Positions 49,657 to 63,324 of a DNA stretch of 64,000 bases are shown here, in pieces. Origin of the DNA: Gordius albopunctatus (Eukaryota); assembly GCA_964276515.1 (NCBI GenBank), contig OZ193909.1:1922001-1986000 (forward strand). Direction: 5' to 3'. Below the pieces are notes generated by a model. The model was given only the letters and a program-made list of their open reading frames with translations, was not told where the DNA came from and did no database searches. A program made the position numbers and the translations under genes. Numbering within the stretch: position 1 is the stretch's first letter; each line of letters opens with the position of its first letter.

Positions 49657-52088
49657 CATACACTTTACTTTAATTGCCTTGTGATCATTGTTTAAATTTA
49701 GAACATAATTATTATGTAAAATTAGAGTGCTGAATCTTTTATCATAGCAATTCAATGTATATCTTTATTTGTGATTCGCTGTTTATATTTTTTAATGCAT
49801 TTGTGACAGGATAATCTTACAAATATATGTAGAGTTATAAGGCATAAGTCATTTTAATACCAATGCATTTTTCAATAATATTATGATTTACATTGTAAAT
49901 GATATACTAATTATTTAGGATGGTTCAAAACTATTAAATTAAAAAACAATTAGATTTATTAGATAATTATTTAATGATTCAAAAAATTATAACCGGTCAC
50001 ACAGGGATAAATTATACTTGATATAATTCATTTTACTTTATTCTATTAAATAAATTATTAGTTTTAAAATTTTAAAGACAATCCACCCGTCATATTTAGG
50101 CAAGCACTGAATCATTGGTTTAAGCAAAATAGTAAATTCATATTTAAAAACGGTATTTGACATCTAAAAATTAAGGCGTTGAAGCATATTAGACTACATT
50201 ATAACCCAAGATTTAAAATATAAAAAATCATCAATCCATATCTATTATATGAAAAGGTTAACATAGACACTAAAATTTATAATAAAGCCCTATCACCGCA
50301 ATAATTTTGCGAATAATTTATAGTTATAAAATACCTAACTTTATATAAAAAACCTTAGTGTATTAATAATAATAATCCGTGGGACGCGTGCATATGACAT
50401 TAATAATCGTGTTAGGGGGCGTAGTGTATATAAATACGAAATTTTATATTTGCCGTGCTAGTAATAAACACAAAATTCCCCTAGGGTGAAGGTGCGTAAA
50501 AGCATAGTTTAATAATATTTGGAGTGAAAAAAGTGAATGATATATACAACGCAAACACGCGAAAAAATATTATATTCACAATAAACCAAATAGAATGACA
50601 ATAATCATCCTTAATATACCGAGCGAGTTTGAAACCAGTAATGGGCGACACAGATATTGGATAGGGTCTTTGTCGATTTAAAAATATGCACGAATCTTAC
50701 TTAAAGAGAGGGTCATAGAAGGGGGTAAATATACTTGTTCATATACTATGGACTATATTGATATTGATGAAACCAATGAACTAAAACATTTATCTTAAAT
50801 ATGTTCAGTTAGACTTTGAAGCTTTGGCCAGGGTTAAGGTTAATGAGGGCATCAATTTTCAAAAAAATATAACTAAGTCGAATATAGGTAAAATTTCTAA
50901 GTTTATAATTATAAAACACAGTGAATTGGATAAAAATATAATAATTTGCTAAAACTATAAAATTAAATAAGGTCTTTAATCTAACAATCAGTTATTATAT
51001 TTATTACGTAAAAGCTTCAACTCTAAAACACTCACAAGAGTACTGGAATAAACTCAAATATAAACACCACCTTTAAATTCTAAATTTAATGCAAAATTAT
51101 GCTATTTTGTATATTAAACAAAAAGCGGCCCTTTCGTACTATACCTCACATTTATTTATAGTTTTCTAATTTGCACTTTCCATAGAAAATGTTATCTTTA
51201 TGAATTAGTTCATATCTTTATATTGTCAGTAAGATGTCGTGTCGCACTAAATCTTTTTTTCAAAAATATAAAGAATTGCCATTTGGATTTTTTAACACTT
51301 ATTTAATATTTTTAATAAAACAGGAAAATTTTTGTTTTGTATAAATCTTTTTAAAAAAAGTTTAGACAAGTCGAGAATTCTCGTCGAGACGAGATTTTTC
51401 TAATACGAGACAAGATTTTCATAATCGCTCCTGAGACGAGGCGAGATTTTGCTTCCGAGATCGAGACGAGGCGAAATTGAAACACTAGCCAGATCATTAA
51501 CCGGAGAGCGACTAAATCTCACACTCAAATTGTTTTGCCCAGTCCAAATCCTGGCTAGGCCCATGCTTTAGATCAATGTATTAGCTTTCTGATATGACTA
51601 TTATCAGTTGGTTTAAAGGAAATTTATTGCATAATTTTTATTATATTGTCATAGAAACCACAAAGATGCATGTGGATACTTTTTATAATTTATCATAACA
51701 TAACTATAATTAGTTGCACACATTATATGAACATATATAATTTCAAATACTTTTATATTCAAAATGGAAATCTAATGTGTAAGACATGTAATAAAAAAAT
51801 TTAAGATAATTTCGCCATTAAATTATAATTATATTCATAGTTAATTGAATTAAATGGAATGTATTACTCGGGTTTTAAAATGAGAATGGTCAGAAAAGTA
51901 AGACTATAGACTTTCCTAAAGAATTGCGAGGTAATAAATAAATTTTAATACTGTCTTATTTAATTTTATTTATCGAAGTTCTAAGTATTATTAGTGAGCT
52001 TTAATTACATATATAATATTGAATTAACATCCCAGTGATGCAAGGACTTTTGCAAAAAAGGTAAATTGTTACTCATTAAGGCTAAGTA

Positions 52089-55000
52089 CTAAGTTTCACT
52101 CGTGTACTTTAGATTACAAGAGTTCCACCAAGTTAAGAATTTAAGCCTTTTGTTCTGACGTTCATACTCAGTCTCTGGAAACTGAGACGTGGCCAAAGAA
52201 TCTTTTGCCAAATTGCAGAGCTTAAACCATGTGTCGTGTGGGGGAAATCGCCAACTCCACCCTTCTGACCACTTTAAATATTTTTTGTAACGAACATATG
52301 AGTTTCCTAACTTCTTTAAGAATTTAGCTAGAGAAACAGGTCCTTTAAAATCGTCAATGTGAATATATGAATTAGGGATTGCCCATTTTTTGTAACTTTT
52401 CTTATCCGTTCCACCTACTATTGGTATGGGCCCTTGCTTGCTGAGTCGGTACCAATATTTCTCCGTTATGTACGCCGGGCATGATTGACTGTTCTCAATA
52501 GCTATGAAAAATTTGTAGCGCGACGTCAAGTTTTTGGTACATAGGTAATCGTCGACCATATTATGTGAGTTCTAACGATAAAAAAAGATTATTACATTTT
52601 TTATAATCAATAATTAAAGATTTTTAGACTGCCTAATTGCATTTATATTTCTAATTGGTAAAGAAAACCCACAAATACGAGTCGTCAAAGAAATAAAAAT
52701 ATACTGGTCCACAAATAATGGACTTCTGAAATCGACCGGCAATAGTAGTAGCACTAGGAGTCATGGGCGTAGCCATGAGAGACCCTTGTAAGGGAAGGGT
52801 TGCAGTGAGACGTGGGAGAGAAATTATATAAGGGCATGACACTTAAAACATGCTTGTCGTTGCAAGCTCCGCTATTGCCAGTACCGACCCCGCATTGGTC
52901 AGTAGTTATCAGACTGGCAAAAAGCGAAAGCCATATATTAAAATAAAAATTTTCGATTCACACTTTGGCCAGTGGTTATTTTTTTCAATGGTCAGCAGCC
53001 AGGAGACGGTCAAAAAAGATATAATTACATAAGAGCCAAATATAAAATATAAAAAAAATTCTATTCACACTTTGGCCAGGGGTCATTTTTTCTTTGGTCA
53101 GTAGCCAGCGGATGGCCAAAATTCAATATTATCAATGTTATTACAAGAACAATATATTATCAATGTTAGGTTAATAATAATAAAAAATGGTAAAAAAATT
53201 TCCCCCTCATCGAATTCGAACTCACATCAGTAGAGGCATAGTCCCTTGTAGGGAGGGGGGGTTGTCACCGGGAAGGCGAAAACTTTTTATGTAGGTTTAA
53301 ATAATAGGCATAAAAAACTAAAAAATTATTTCGCTTCACACTTTGGCCAATGGTCATTTTTTCTTTGTTCAGTAGCCAGCGGACGTCCAAAAAGCCTATA
53401 TTTTCAATGTTATAAACAATATATTATAAATGTTAGGTTAAAAAAAGCAAAAAAATTTGCTCTCACTGAGATTCGAACTCATATAAGTAGAGGCATAGGC
53501 CCTTGTAGGAGGCGGTACAGTGTATCGTACTGATGGCTTAATCGAATTCCAAGCGATCGCAGATAAACACGACGAAATATGACGTCAATTTGACGTAGGC
53601 AAATCGGGGCAAAATCAAAAAACGCGGCAATTATTAAATAAAAAAACAATGCGGAGCAACAAAAAGGGCAGTAGGCCAAAATTTATGGTGGTCAACACGA
53701 CAACACCTTTGCCGACTTAGCGAACAGGGGAAAAGCAAAAAAAACGGAATAAAAGCCTTACGTTACAGTAAACAAATGCAAAGTGGGCCCATAAATTGCA
53801 TAGCAATTAACAACAAACAACACGCTTAATTCCTAGTGTAAAAGAGAAGGGAAGGCAACCTCAAGTCGAGGGTAATTTGTCAGTGTGTAAAAAGATAGGG
53901 AAGGATAAGTTAATTTTGTATATAATTTAAAAAGTAAATGTGCCGGGCTAAAAAATTGTAAATACATTCCTCTCCCCATTATCTACGGAATAAATTTATT
54001 AAATAAATATTTTACCGATTGATTTACTAGTAATATTTGAAAAACGCTAAAATCGCTGGTTTTGGCAACTTTGACAGCACAGGGGGAAAAACTGAAACCA
54101 TATTTGTGCTCACCGTGAAAAACTCTACCGGGATCTGCAATAGAGCCCTGCAAAGTCACATTTTTTCAACCCGAACCCGACCCGACCCGAAAGCGTTTTT
54201 AATTTTTCAACCCGACCTGACCCGAAAGCGTAAAAAAATTTTTCAACCCAAAAAGGACCAGACACGAAAACAGGTTGAACATCTAACAAAGTCTATTTTC
54301 TTGTCATTTTCGTCATATATGAAATGGAATAATTGCCAAACCTTGGATTTACCCACCAAATTCTTCTCCACTCTATAGATTTTATTGTCAATCAGCTTCT
54401 GTAATTTATGTGGATCCATAATAATTCACTTAATTAATAATAAATATTATAGTTATTATATATTTTACCTATGTAGAGTTTGAAATTGGCCAGATACAAA
54501 AATAAGAAGTGAATTACAAGGAAATCAATTAAATGAATGAATGAGATTAATTAATGATACATTACGATATTAATTAAAAAATGTTTTATATGTAATAGCA
54601 TTAATTTGAAAGATATGTTTGTTATGCAATATAAGATTTATAACCTTCAACCCGACCCGACCCGACCCGAAAGCGTTTTAAATTTTTCAATCCGAACCCG
54701 ACCTGACCCGAAACTATTATAAAATTTTCAACACCACCCGACCCGACCCGAAGGTATTTTAAAATTTGGGTCGAATCGGGTTTTGGGTCACCCGTGCAGG
54801 GCTCTAATCTGCAAATCGTGTATTTTTATTATAATTATACCTAGGGAAAATTTTAAATTAGGCACTACATTTTACCGTATTATAATTAGCTATATATTAA
54901 TAAAAATTTTATGGGGAAAAATATATCACACCCTTTTTAATATGTGACTTGAAAATAATAACAGATGTATGACGTTTTTTATTAGATCTGTACGGCATAA

Positions 55001-58000
55001 TTAATTTTCTAGTCACATACTTATAGAGATGATAGGTATTTATTTAACCATCTTATTGATGCAATTATTGTTTGCTTTTTGGACGTGTTCCAGGGTATTG
55101 TCATGCAATTTGTGGGCTGGTTTTTGGTTGTCCGTCCTGTCCAACTTGTTATTTTCAATAATTACCCTGGAAACTCATTGGGGTGTAAAAGAATTTTATT
55201 TTGCTTTCGCAAAAGGACTAGGGAATGACCGCTGGTTGGCTTTAATTCTTCAACCTCACCCGTGCCTAAATTCCATTATTTTTTATAGGCCCCCCAACTG
55301 ATTACCTCTATATAAAAATTCCTTTTGGGAAATAGCCTGCGAAATTGACCAACTAATTCCCTGCAAATTAACGCTAACCGTTGCTTACTTTTAATTTGTC
55401 TGACCCCGATCATCCTTGTTAATTGCTATTTATTTTTGCTACTTATTTTCCGTCTTAAATTTCTTCGGGCCTCACTTGATTTTTTTAATTGACATTTTTT
55501 GTAAGTTTTCGTTGGTATGGGCGCCTAACTTTTAGGCCAAAAATGTATATATTTCTCTAACTCCCTGCTTAGTGTTTTATCATTGCCCACTTCCTCCTCA
55601 TAGGCATTCTCGATCCTTCTTCCCTTTCTTCCCCATAAATTGCATAGAAAATGTGCTATGTTTATCGGAGTATGGACGAGTTTTGCAAGAACAATATTCC
55701 AGAATTAGGCGCAGGTCTCAAGGCGAAAAAACGGGCTCCAAGTCGGACCCTGCGCCCACCAGGGGCAAAGCCCCTTGTTTATTTACTAATAATAATCAAA
55801 CCGCACTTATAACTAATTAATTTCGAAGTAAAATAAAACATTATGTAGGTATTATTTACCACGATTCATGGGGTTATTCCTAACCACCATAAGTTGCTCT
55901 TATAGTACCTAATACCTATCTCGATTGAACTATCGCCTACTAATGAGCTTCAATAAGAGAAACTTTATAGTTATTATTTGCATATAACATACTAAAAGAG
56001 TTAAGTAGATACTAAAACAAAGTTAATCTCTAACTTAAATTTGCCAATGATTTAATAAAAAAATAATATTTGATTTGGACACTCGTATATCGGGGTTTTC
56101 TTTGCAAATTATAAAATCAACAGTCACCTCATTAAAAGTTAGACATTTTTGATTGTCGAAACACTTTCCATACAAATCCATGTCGGGGATGTGTCGTTTC
56201 AATTGCAATACATACTCCAATCTCTCGTTCGATTTACAATTGCTAATAGTAGCTGTGCCGTAAAATATAATGCAAGCTTAGCTCAATATGAATCATTATA
56301 ATAATTATAAATTTTACTAAAATGTGTAATACAAATTATATTTACTTTTTAATAAATAAAACAACACTTTTGGAGAGCCCTTATTTCTAACATACTCTTC
56401 TTATAAGATTTTTTTAAATTCCATACATGACTTCACCATATATAACATAATATAAAGCTCAAAATTGCTCTAAATAGCCTAATAATTTACAAACACTATT
56501 ATACACTACAATTAAAGTTACTCGGAAAGCCCTCATTTTGAATTATCTGATTTATCAAGATTAAGTTGCCCAATTTCTAAAAAATAATAAATAACTAACA
56601 TTTCTTAGGTTGTTCTTTATTTGTTTTGTAAAAGTAGATAAGTTTTAAATAAATTTATGTTAATTGGGTTCGTTTGTAAATAAAAGTTTAGAACCAAATT
56701 ATAGATATACAATTTTAGCTTCGATTTATTTTATTTATACTGCGAGGATATTGTACATATCAAAATCTTAAAAACCAGGTCCACAATAAAAACCATCCTG
56801 CAATCGGACCTATAATTCTGATAGAGAATGCATGTTTTAGATAGATATGGGAGCGGGTAGAGTTGTTAAATTGCTAACTTTCTTCAACTCCAGCTACCAT
56901 CGGCTCGAGTTTCTGCTCGGTTCTCGAGCATTTTTATATGCTAATATTCTACCTAGTGCACCGAACAGAGAGCACATATTGTGCTAACGCGCATATTAAG
57001 CAACTCAGTGGACGAGCTCGCGTCTGGCGTTTGAAGAAAGTTAGCAATTTAACAACTCTAGGAGCGGGAGAGGAAGAGAAGGAGAAAGGGAGAGAGAGAT
57101 ATGTTAGTAAACATCGAGTAAAAGGTATGAACTCTAATGTACTCCGTTTTCCAGGCATAGTTGGAAGATTTTGATAAGGGAAAGGGAGGGGTTCAAGTAA
57201 ACGCAAATAAATACAAATATAATTGAGGCTGAACAAAAAATAAAATAATGGACCTATAAAAGAAACTTTCATCTACAAGAATAAATTACTATTTTTTTAT
57301 TATAAATTAAAAAATGCGTGGCAATATAGTTTCAAAAAAGGTTAAAATGGGCATTTTTTTCACCTTCAACCTCGTTTATCTAAAAAACTGGAAGTTTTGG
57401 AAAAAGACTAAAATCTGGTTATTAATCAGTGCAAAATTCTCTATCAGAATTATTGGTCATGTTACGGGATAGAATCACAAAGTTAATATTTGGAGACCTG
57501 TATAGTTTTCTCAATTTCATCCTATAAAGATTGAAAGGTCAACTCGTTTATTATAAAAAGAAATTTTCCTATGTGATAAAGATTTTGTAGACGTACTGAG
57601 ATGTCGAATCTGTCTATATAAAATTTTAAAAAATCTGAAACTATGTCAACAAAATCTAGCTTTTCCATAAGGGTTAGTTACAAATTGTAATCCTATAATT
57701 TATAATGCGAAAAGGTATATAATCAACAAATATTTAGCTTCTTAAAACTAAACATCTGCAAGCCGACAAAATTAACAACTAACTCAAATAGACGATTAGA
57801 GAACCAAATTGAGCGTTTCTCTTTCCGAATGGCTAAACGCTATAAACAATTATTTGATACAAACCAGCATGTTGATATTTAAGAAGCGATCCAGACCATT
57901 ATTGATTGATTAGATAATTTTTATATAATACTGTCATCTTATAATACATCACCTCTATATTGACAATTGTTTTTTTATCTAAATAATAGTATATTGAAAT

Positions 58001-60257
58001 CCAATTGATATTATATTGCTTTTGAAGGCGCCAATTATATATCACTCTTATACAGATTATCATATATGTTATTTACTTATTCTTATAACTAATAACAGTT
58101 CTATAATTAAAAAATAAAATTTAATTAAATACCTCCAATAAGTTTTCTACTGGCGAAGTCTAGGGCGTTCAGTTTAGGACTATTTTTGTATCGAGTCTTA
58201 TTAACACGGATTCCATAAGGTAATTGAAAGTCGCTGCGTGGATCTACGCTAATTATGTAATCGAAGTAGCTTGGTTCAAGCATTTCACTCAAATTAAGGC
58301 GTCTCTCGAGCTTAGTATTAGCCCAAAATTTTGCGGCAGACTCCCTCGTGGCCATAACTAATTTTAGATGGGGTTTTAACAATGTTTTAATGTTAGGTGA
58401 GTTTGTGGGAAAATTTTGTTTTTTAGTGTAGTAAGGGTCTATAACGACGAAATCGGCAAAAGCTATTTGTGATTCGTTTACTATTAAACACGGTCCACCT
58501 AATTTGGCCAAAGGGGAATTGTTGTATTTCTTCATAGCCCTTTTAAATACGTCGTAATATTTGTTATCCCAGAAGTGAAATTTAGGGATTTTAGTGAAGG
58601 TGGCATCATTGATTGTTGGAAGTTGGATATTTATTTGAGAAACGGGGCTAAGAGAGTGTTGGGCTAATTGATTATTTCTATAATAAGAAAGCTGATCATT
58701 ATGGACCTTTAAGTCATCTGGTGACCCTTCGTAGCTAACCCATATCGGTTGATATTCTGTGTTTGATAATAATATTTTAGGTAAGTTAACAATACTTTAA
58801 ATCGTGGCTTAAAAAAGGCCAGTGAGTTCTTATATCTTATACAAAACTTTAGTCTACTATGACCCTATCCGCTGCCTTCCCTAAATCCAAAATTTGTTTT
58901 TTCTAAGAAAATTCTCATTGCTGACCCGACCTTGTTTTCGTAAAATAATTTTTAAAAAAATATATAAAAAAATGAATTAAGTTTATCCTTTTGTCGGAGT
59001 TTATGGCAATATTATTCATTTTTACATTATATATACATTTAAAATCTTACTATATACAATGAGGATCATAACGTATATTAAAGTGAATCCTAAAAACCTT
59101 GGATTTATACGAGTACGTCTGGAAATTAAATCGAGGAAATTCATAAAACTTGGTCAAGATTTATATTAATTAAAAAAATATTTAATGGCATTAAATTTTC
59201 CGTTAAAATAATCGATGAGGTAATACGCAATTATGAAACGGTGGCTTCTGTAATGCTTTTTTGTACCACAATATCATAAATCAATTTTTTACGCATAAAA
59301 AAAGCTTATTTTTCTTCTGTAGATTAAAAGAATCCCCGTCCTTTTTAATGTCAAAATTCTCTCGCAATGTCCTTAAAAACTGCGGCTGCCTTATAAAAAT
59401 TTTATCTAAGATACTATAGGGGACGGTCATAAATAAAAAAAGAAAGCATTTTTTACTTATTCAGTTCTTTACAATAATTTAAAGGTGAATGCCCAAAACA
59501 TTTATAAACACTGACAAAATTTTATTAAGTTTCAGAGTGAATATCACAATCACATGCTTATTTTTTTTTATGTTTTTTAATATAGGTATTTATTTTTTGA
59601 TAATAATGATTGCCCATAATAATTTTTTTATTTTGAATGAGAACAATTTACTCTAAAAATAAGATTTATGAAAATCAATTTTATTTAGAGATGCGATTTT
59701 AACTAATTTTAGCAAAATCGAAATCTAAAGAATTTGTAGATTTAAGCTATGCTCTGTATTACAAATATCAAAATTTTTCAAAAAAAAATATTTGTATAGA
59801 AATTAGTCTAATATTGAAATAAGGATTCGAATTCGATTCAAAAAATTAAAGATTCAACTATTATTCGAATATTCTTCAAGTTTCTTCAATTACCAAAAAT
59901 CGCACTAGTTTGTTAACACATTTCAATCATTTATGAATAAAAATATAAAACTTGTATATAAAATAAAGTTTTACTTAAAGACATGGTATATAGTCTTAAT
60001 TTTTAGCAATGTTATAAGATTTACCATTTTTAGTAATCCAAATGTAATCGCTAAATAATAAGTATCACATTTTATCTTATTTTAAAAATCCCAATTATAG
60101 TCTCACCTTGTAAACTGAATCTAGGATATTGGAAATGGGGATGTATGCTAGGATATATAAATATCATAATTTTACCACCGTAATCATAATTGATTCTTTT
60201 AACTTTATATATACAAACAAAAAAACAAATGATTAAATAAAATTTTATATAATTAAA
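52089..60257 (-). CDS. Alpha-1,3-fucosyltransferase (GT10 family); start codon not resolved
   Basis: Exons ~60257-60107 (hydrophobic FYLIICFFVCIY, 5' boundary uncertain), 58756-58133, 56252-56128, 52571-52089, with compatible phases. Motifs ATRESA, ISNC...R..Y...L...DLYGKC, YKFFIAIENSQSCPAYITEK, IPIVGG, PNSYIHIDDF. Confidence 0.88.
52900..53807 (-). mobile_element. DINE-1/HINE-like element with internal tandem units
   Basis: CATAAATTGCATAGCAA at ~53790; repeated CACACTTTGGCCA...GGTCAG units at 52958, 53065 and 53335, shared with 6600-6790 and 63450-63925. Left boundary approximate. Confidence 0.6.
54141..54806 (-). mobile_element. hAT deletion derivative, second copy of 23954-24695
   Basis: TIR TAGAGCCCTGCA; TSD ATCTGCAA at 54133-54140 and 54807-54814. 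Confidence 0.93.
55098..55782 (+). mobile_element. DINE-1/HINE-like element
   Basis: TGCAATTTGTGGG + GTCC repeats ... CCCATAAATTGCATAG ... terminal hairpin AGGGGC-AAA-GCCCCT followed by T-rich sequence. Confidence 0.6.
56858..57060. mobile_element. hAT-type MITE (203 bp)
   Basis: 30-bp perfect TIR TAGAGTTGTTAAATTGCTAACTTTCTTCAA; TSD GGAGCGGG at 56850-56857 and 57061-57068. Confidence 0.93.
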
Positions 60258-60558
60258 CTTAGATATAATTTATTACGTTATATTTAATGTTGTAGCTAGT
60301 TAGAAACATTTATTTATAGAAGTTTAATTAAAATATTTACAAAGCTTTTAATATTAAAATTAAAGCTTTATTTTCAATCCAAATTTTGACTTACATATTC
60401 TAAATAATATGGACTTACCACTTTTTAATGACTAATTCAATGTTGTTTAAAGAAAACCAAATTCAACAATGTAATAAAACGCGACCAACGCCACTTATTA
60501 ATTGTCATGCAATTCTTACACCAGCACCCTCTAGGTAAATCTCCTGTCCTTCTAAGGA

Positions 60559-60964
60559 CCCGTCTTAATATCGGATTCAAATTCAAAGCGCCATATTTTT
60601 GTTTGTCTAAATATGCGATTCAATTTTATGGGTCAAACTCGGTTGTAATTATAAATACTTTGTTTTTTGATAGTTAAAAACGTTTTTTTGTTTATTTCAA
60701 CTCTTGAGATTACATCTAAACTTTACTGATACCTTAAAATTTAAAAACATACAACATTTAAGCTTAGGAAAAGTTTTTCATCCTACAAAATCGCTGTTAT
60801 GTTATGATGCGTCTAAAAACGAAATCTGATGTAAATCGGATATTTAGATACGGCTATGTTAAAACACGTATGACGATTTTTGCTGCTCGTTAAAATCCGA
60901 GGGCCCGTCTTAATATACGATTCAACTTCAAAGCGCCATATTTTTGTTTGTCTAAATATGCGAT
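60559..60964. repeat. ~61-bp imperfect direct repeat, probably internal to a decayed transposon
   Basis: CCCGTCTTAATAT..GATTCAA.TTCAAAGCGCCATATTTTTGTTTGTCTAAATATGCGAT at 60559-60619 and 60904-60964. Confidence 0.7.
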
Positions 60965-61199
60965 ATAAAGGTCGTGGAATCAACAATTTTAGTTCAGTTA
61001 CCATATGAATTTGCATTAATAAGCGTAATTAAGAGATAAATATTTGTTTTATGAGCAAAAACACAAAAATAGAACAAAAATGAAGTGACGCTCCTATTAA
61101 GACGCTTCTATGTTTAACATGCATTCGCTTTTTGAATCTAGATTCGAAATCGCTTATTAAGACGCACCCTAACGTATGGCTCCTTTTTTAATAATAAAA

Positions 61200-62000
61200 C
61201 TTGTTAGCACGTCTCCGTACCCCTGCCGGCTTAGTAATTCACTTGTAGATAAGGAAGTGCGTCACCTCTGGATTGTAATTTAACAAAAGCCGAAATAAAT
61301 ACACTGCTACAAGCTTCCCTCAAACGGGCAAAAGTTCCCTCCATCCTTGAACCTTCAGATCCCTCTCTTGAAGGTGCGTCCTGACGGTACGTCACTTGTC
61401 CGATGAGACAAAGCCTTTTTTAAATGGGATTACACTTGAATCTACCTGTTTGCACCCTCCAACGACACTCACGACCCCCTGGGTGACTTAAAACCAATTT
61501 AAATCATTATTCATACCTATCTATTTTATAGACGGCGTTGGGAACTATTTTTATAGGAAAATTAAATGTAAGCGAGAATTGGGAGGAGGGCTAATGCTCT
61601 TGCAGTGGTGTTGAGTAACGAGGCGGACGGCAAAGGATGCTCAAGCCCTGTTTGGTCAGCTCTTATGATTTTTTTAAACATGCTTTATTCAAAAATAGTA
61701 TTAGATATATAATGAAACTATTAAAAGTATAAAAGATCGAAAATATTTATAAATGAAATGTTTAAAATGCATTATCCTTCGTCTTCTTTAAGAATGGGCA
61801 TTGAGTCCATAAGGGAATAAAAATTGGATTTAGCGATCGCAATGGCGATTGATTGTAATAGTAGAAAACTATTCGATATTTTGAAGGAGGCGACCATCTA
61901 TTAGGTTCTTTAAAAAATTTTAAGAGCTCTTCCCAAACGTCCCTGAGTTTCTGATAAGGCTGAATATTTCACGGAGTTACGATGCTCTGACACCAATACG
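61200..62000. mobile_element. Decayed C-terminal remnant of a restriction-like-endonuclease non-LTR retrotransposon (CRE-like)
   Basis: Plus-strand fragments KRAKVPSILEP...RPDG...WDYT and minus-strand fragments KYSAL...LLQSIAIAIAKSN resemble the CRE-clade C-terminus. Heavily frameshifted. Confidence 0.5.
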
Positions 62001-63324
62001 TATTTGTTCATTTATATAATAGGCCTAATAAAAATGCTCTCGGATTTTATTATATATATGTACAATAGTTAAAATATGCTTAATATTACATTTAATTATA
62101 CACGTGGGAACAATTCAACATTGAATTACAACATGACTTAAATTGACAACAGTGATACATAAATTGAAAGTCATTTTCTCCTTATATAAGAAATTTTGTA
62201 AAGTTGACATACACTAAAAAATACATAATAAAGCGGTCGAACTAAAGTAGATAAGAAGGAATTTTATTGAAGATCCAGAAAGTTACACAGCTCAAGTTGA
62301 GGATAAGCAATGGAATAGAGATAACAATCAAAATAAAAAACACAATTAGAGCGACATAGCTGTATATAATGATATTTTTAAAACCAAATGACAATAATAA
62401 AGAAATTTTCATCACACACCAAATACAAGACATAGTGATCAAGTAGAAATTTTTGTTGTTTGGAAAAAGGATAATGCCTAAAGAAGCAGGAACTAAATTG
62501 TTAAGGTGTAAAGAAAAGGAAAAAGAAAATAATAAAAACGGAATTGAAAATCGGAAAAAGGTATAATGACAGAATTAGTGGACATGGTAACAAAGTTGGT
62601 TTGAGAATGTACAATGATTTGATTGAATTGAATGCTGCTTTGAAATATCCATCCGATAAGGAAATATATTATAACCTTTAAAGCAATTCAATAGGCCCAA
62701 AATATGAAATATCAAATATTGGTACAGACGTTGGAAGTCGTGCTTAGTTATGTGTATCATTTAAGGCTATAGATTAATATTAAATATGCATGCACATATC
62801 TAACTCTCCAATGTACTTATGGGGTCTAAGAAACCCCACAAAAGTTATAATTTAACACCACTAAGAGAGTTTTAGATTTAGAAATTTGATTTTTTAGAGT
62901 TTTCATAATTATGCAAAAGCTACTTTTCCTGAAAATTTCATAGGATTTGCCTCAACACTTTTGGAGATATAAGCGTTTGGGGTCCTATAAACCCCATAAG
63001 GTAAATTAAGAAAGTTTTTTTTATATTTTTTATCAATTTTTTTTTATTTTTAACTTAAAAATATTAATTTAAGCATGTGTATAACATTTGGATCAATATC
63101 GCTAGTTATATTTGTTTATAGAAAACAAGATTTTCGTGCAATAGGTGTCAAAACTCTGTTTGTGTTGATCACAATATAATATTTTGCGAAAATTTCAGCG
63201 AAAAATGCGAAAATAATGACCAATTTTTAGAGTCTTCTATTTTTTTACTGTATAATCATTTTATATGAATGGATATTTTTTATATTATTCAAACCTTCTT
63301 TTAATAAAAAAACATTTGCTTTTT

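Noticed and set aside
50358..50580. Possible solo LTR (TG start, TATA, AATAAA)
   Set aside because: No convincing CA end with a TSD and no second copy in the window.
56252..56262. Apparent non-AG acceptor in the fucosyltransferase
   Set aside because: A canonical CAG at 56255-56253 gives the right phase and reading (LIGATISNC).
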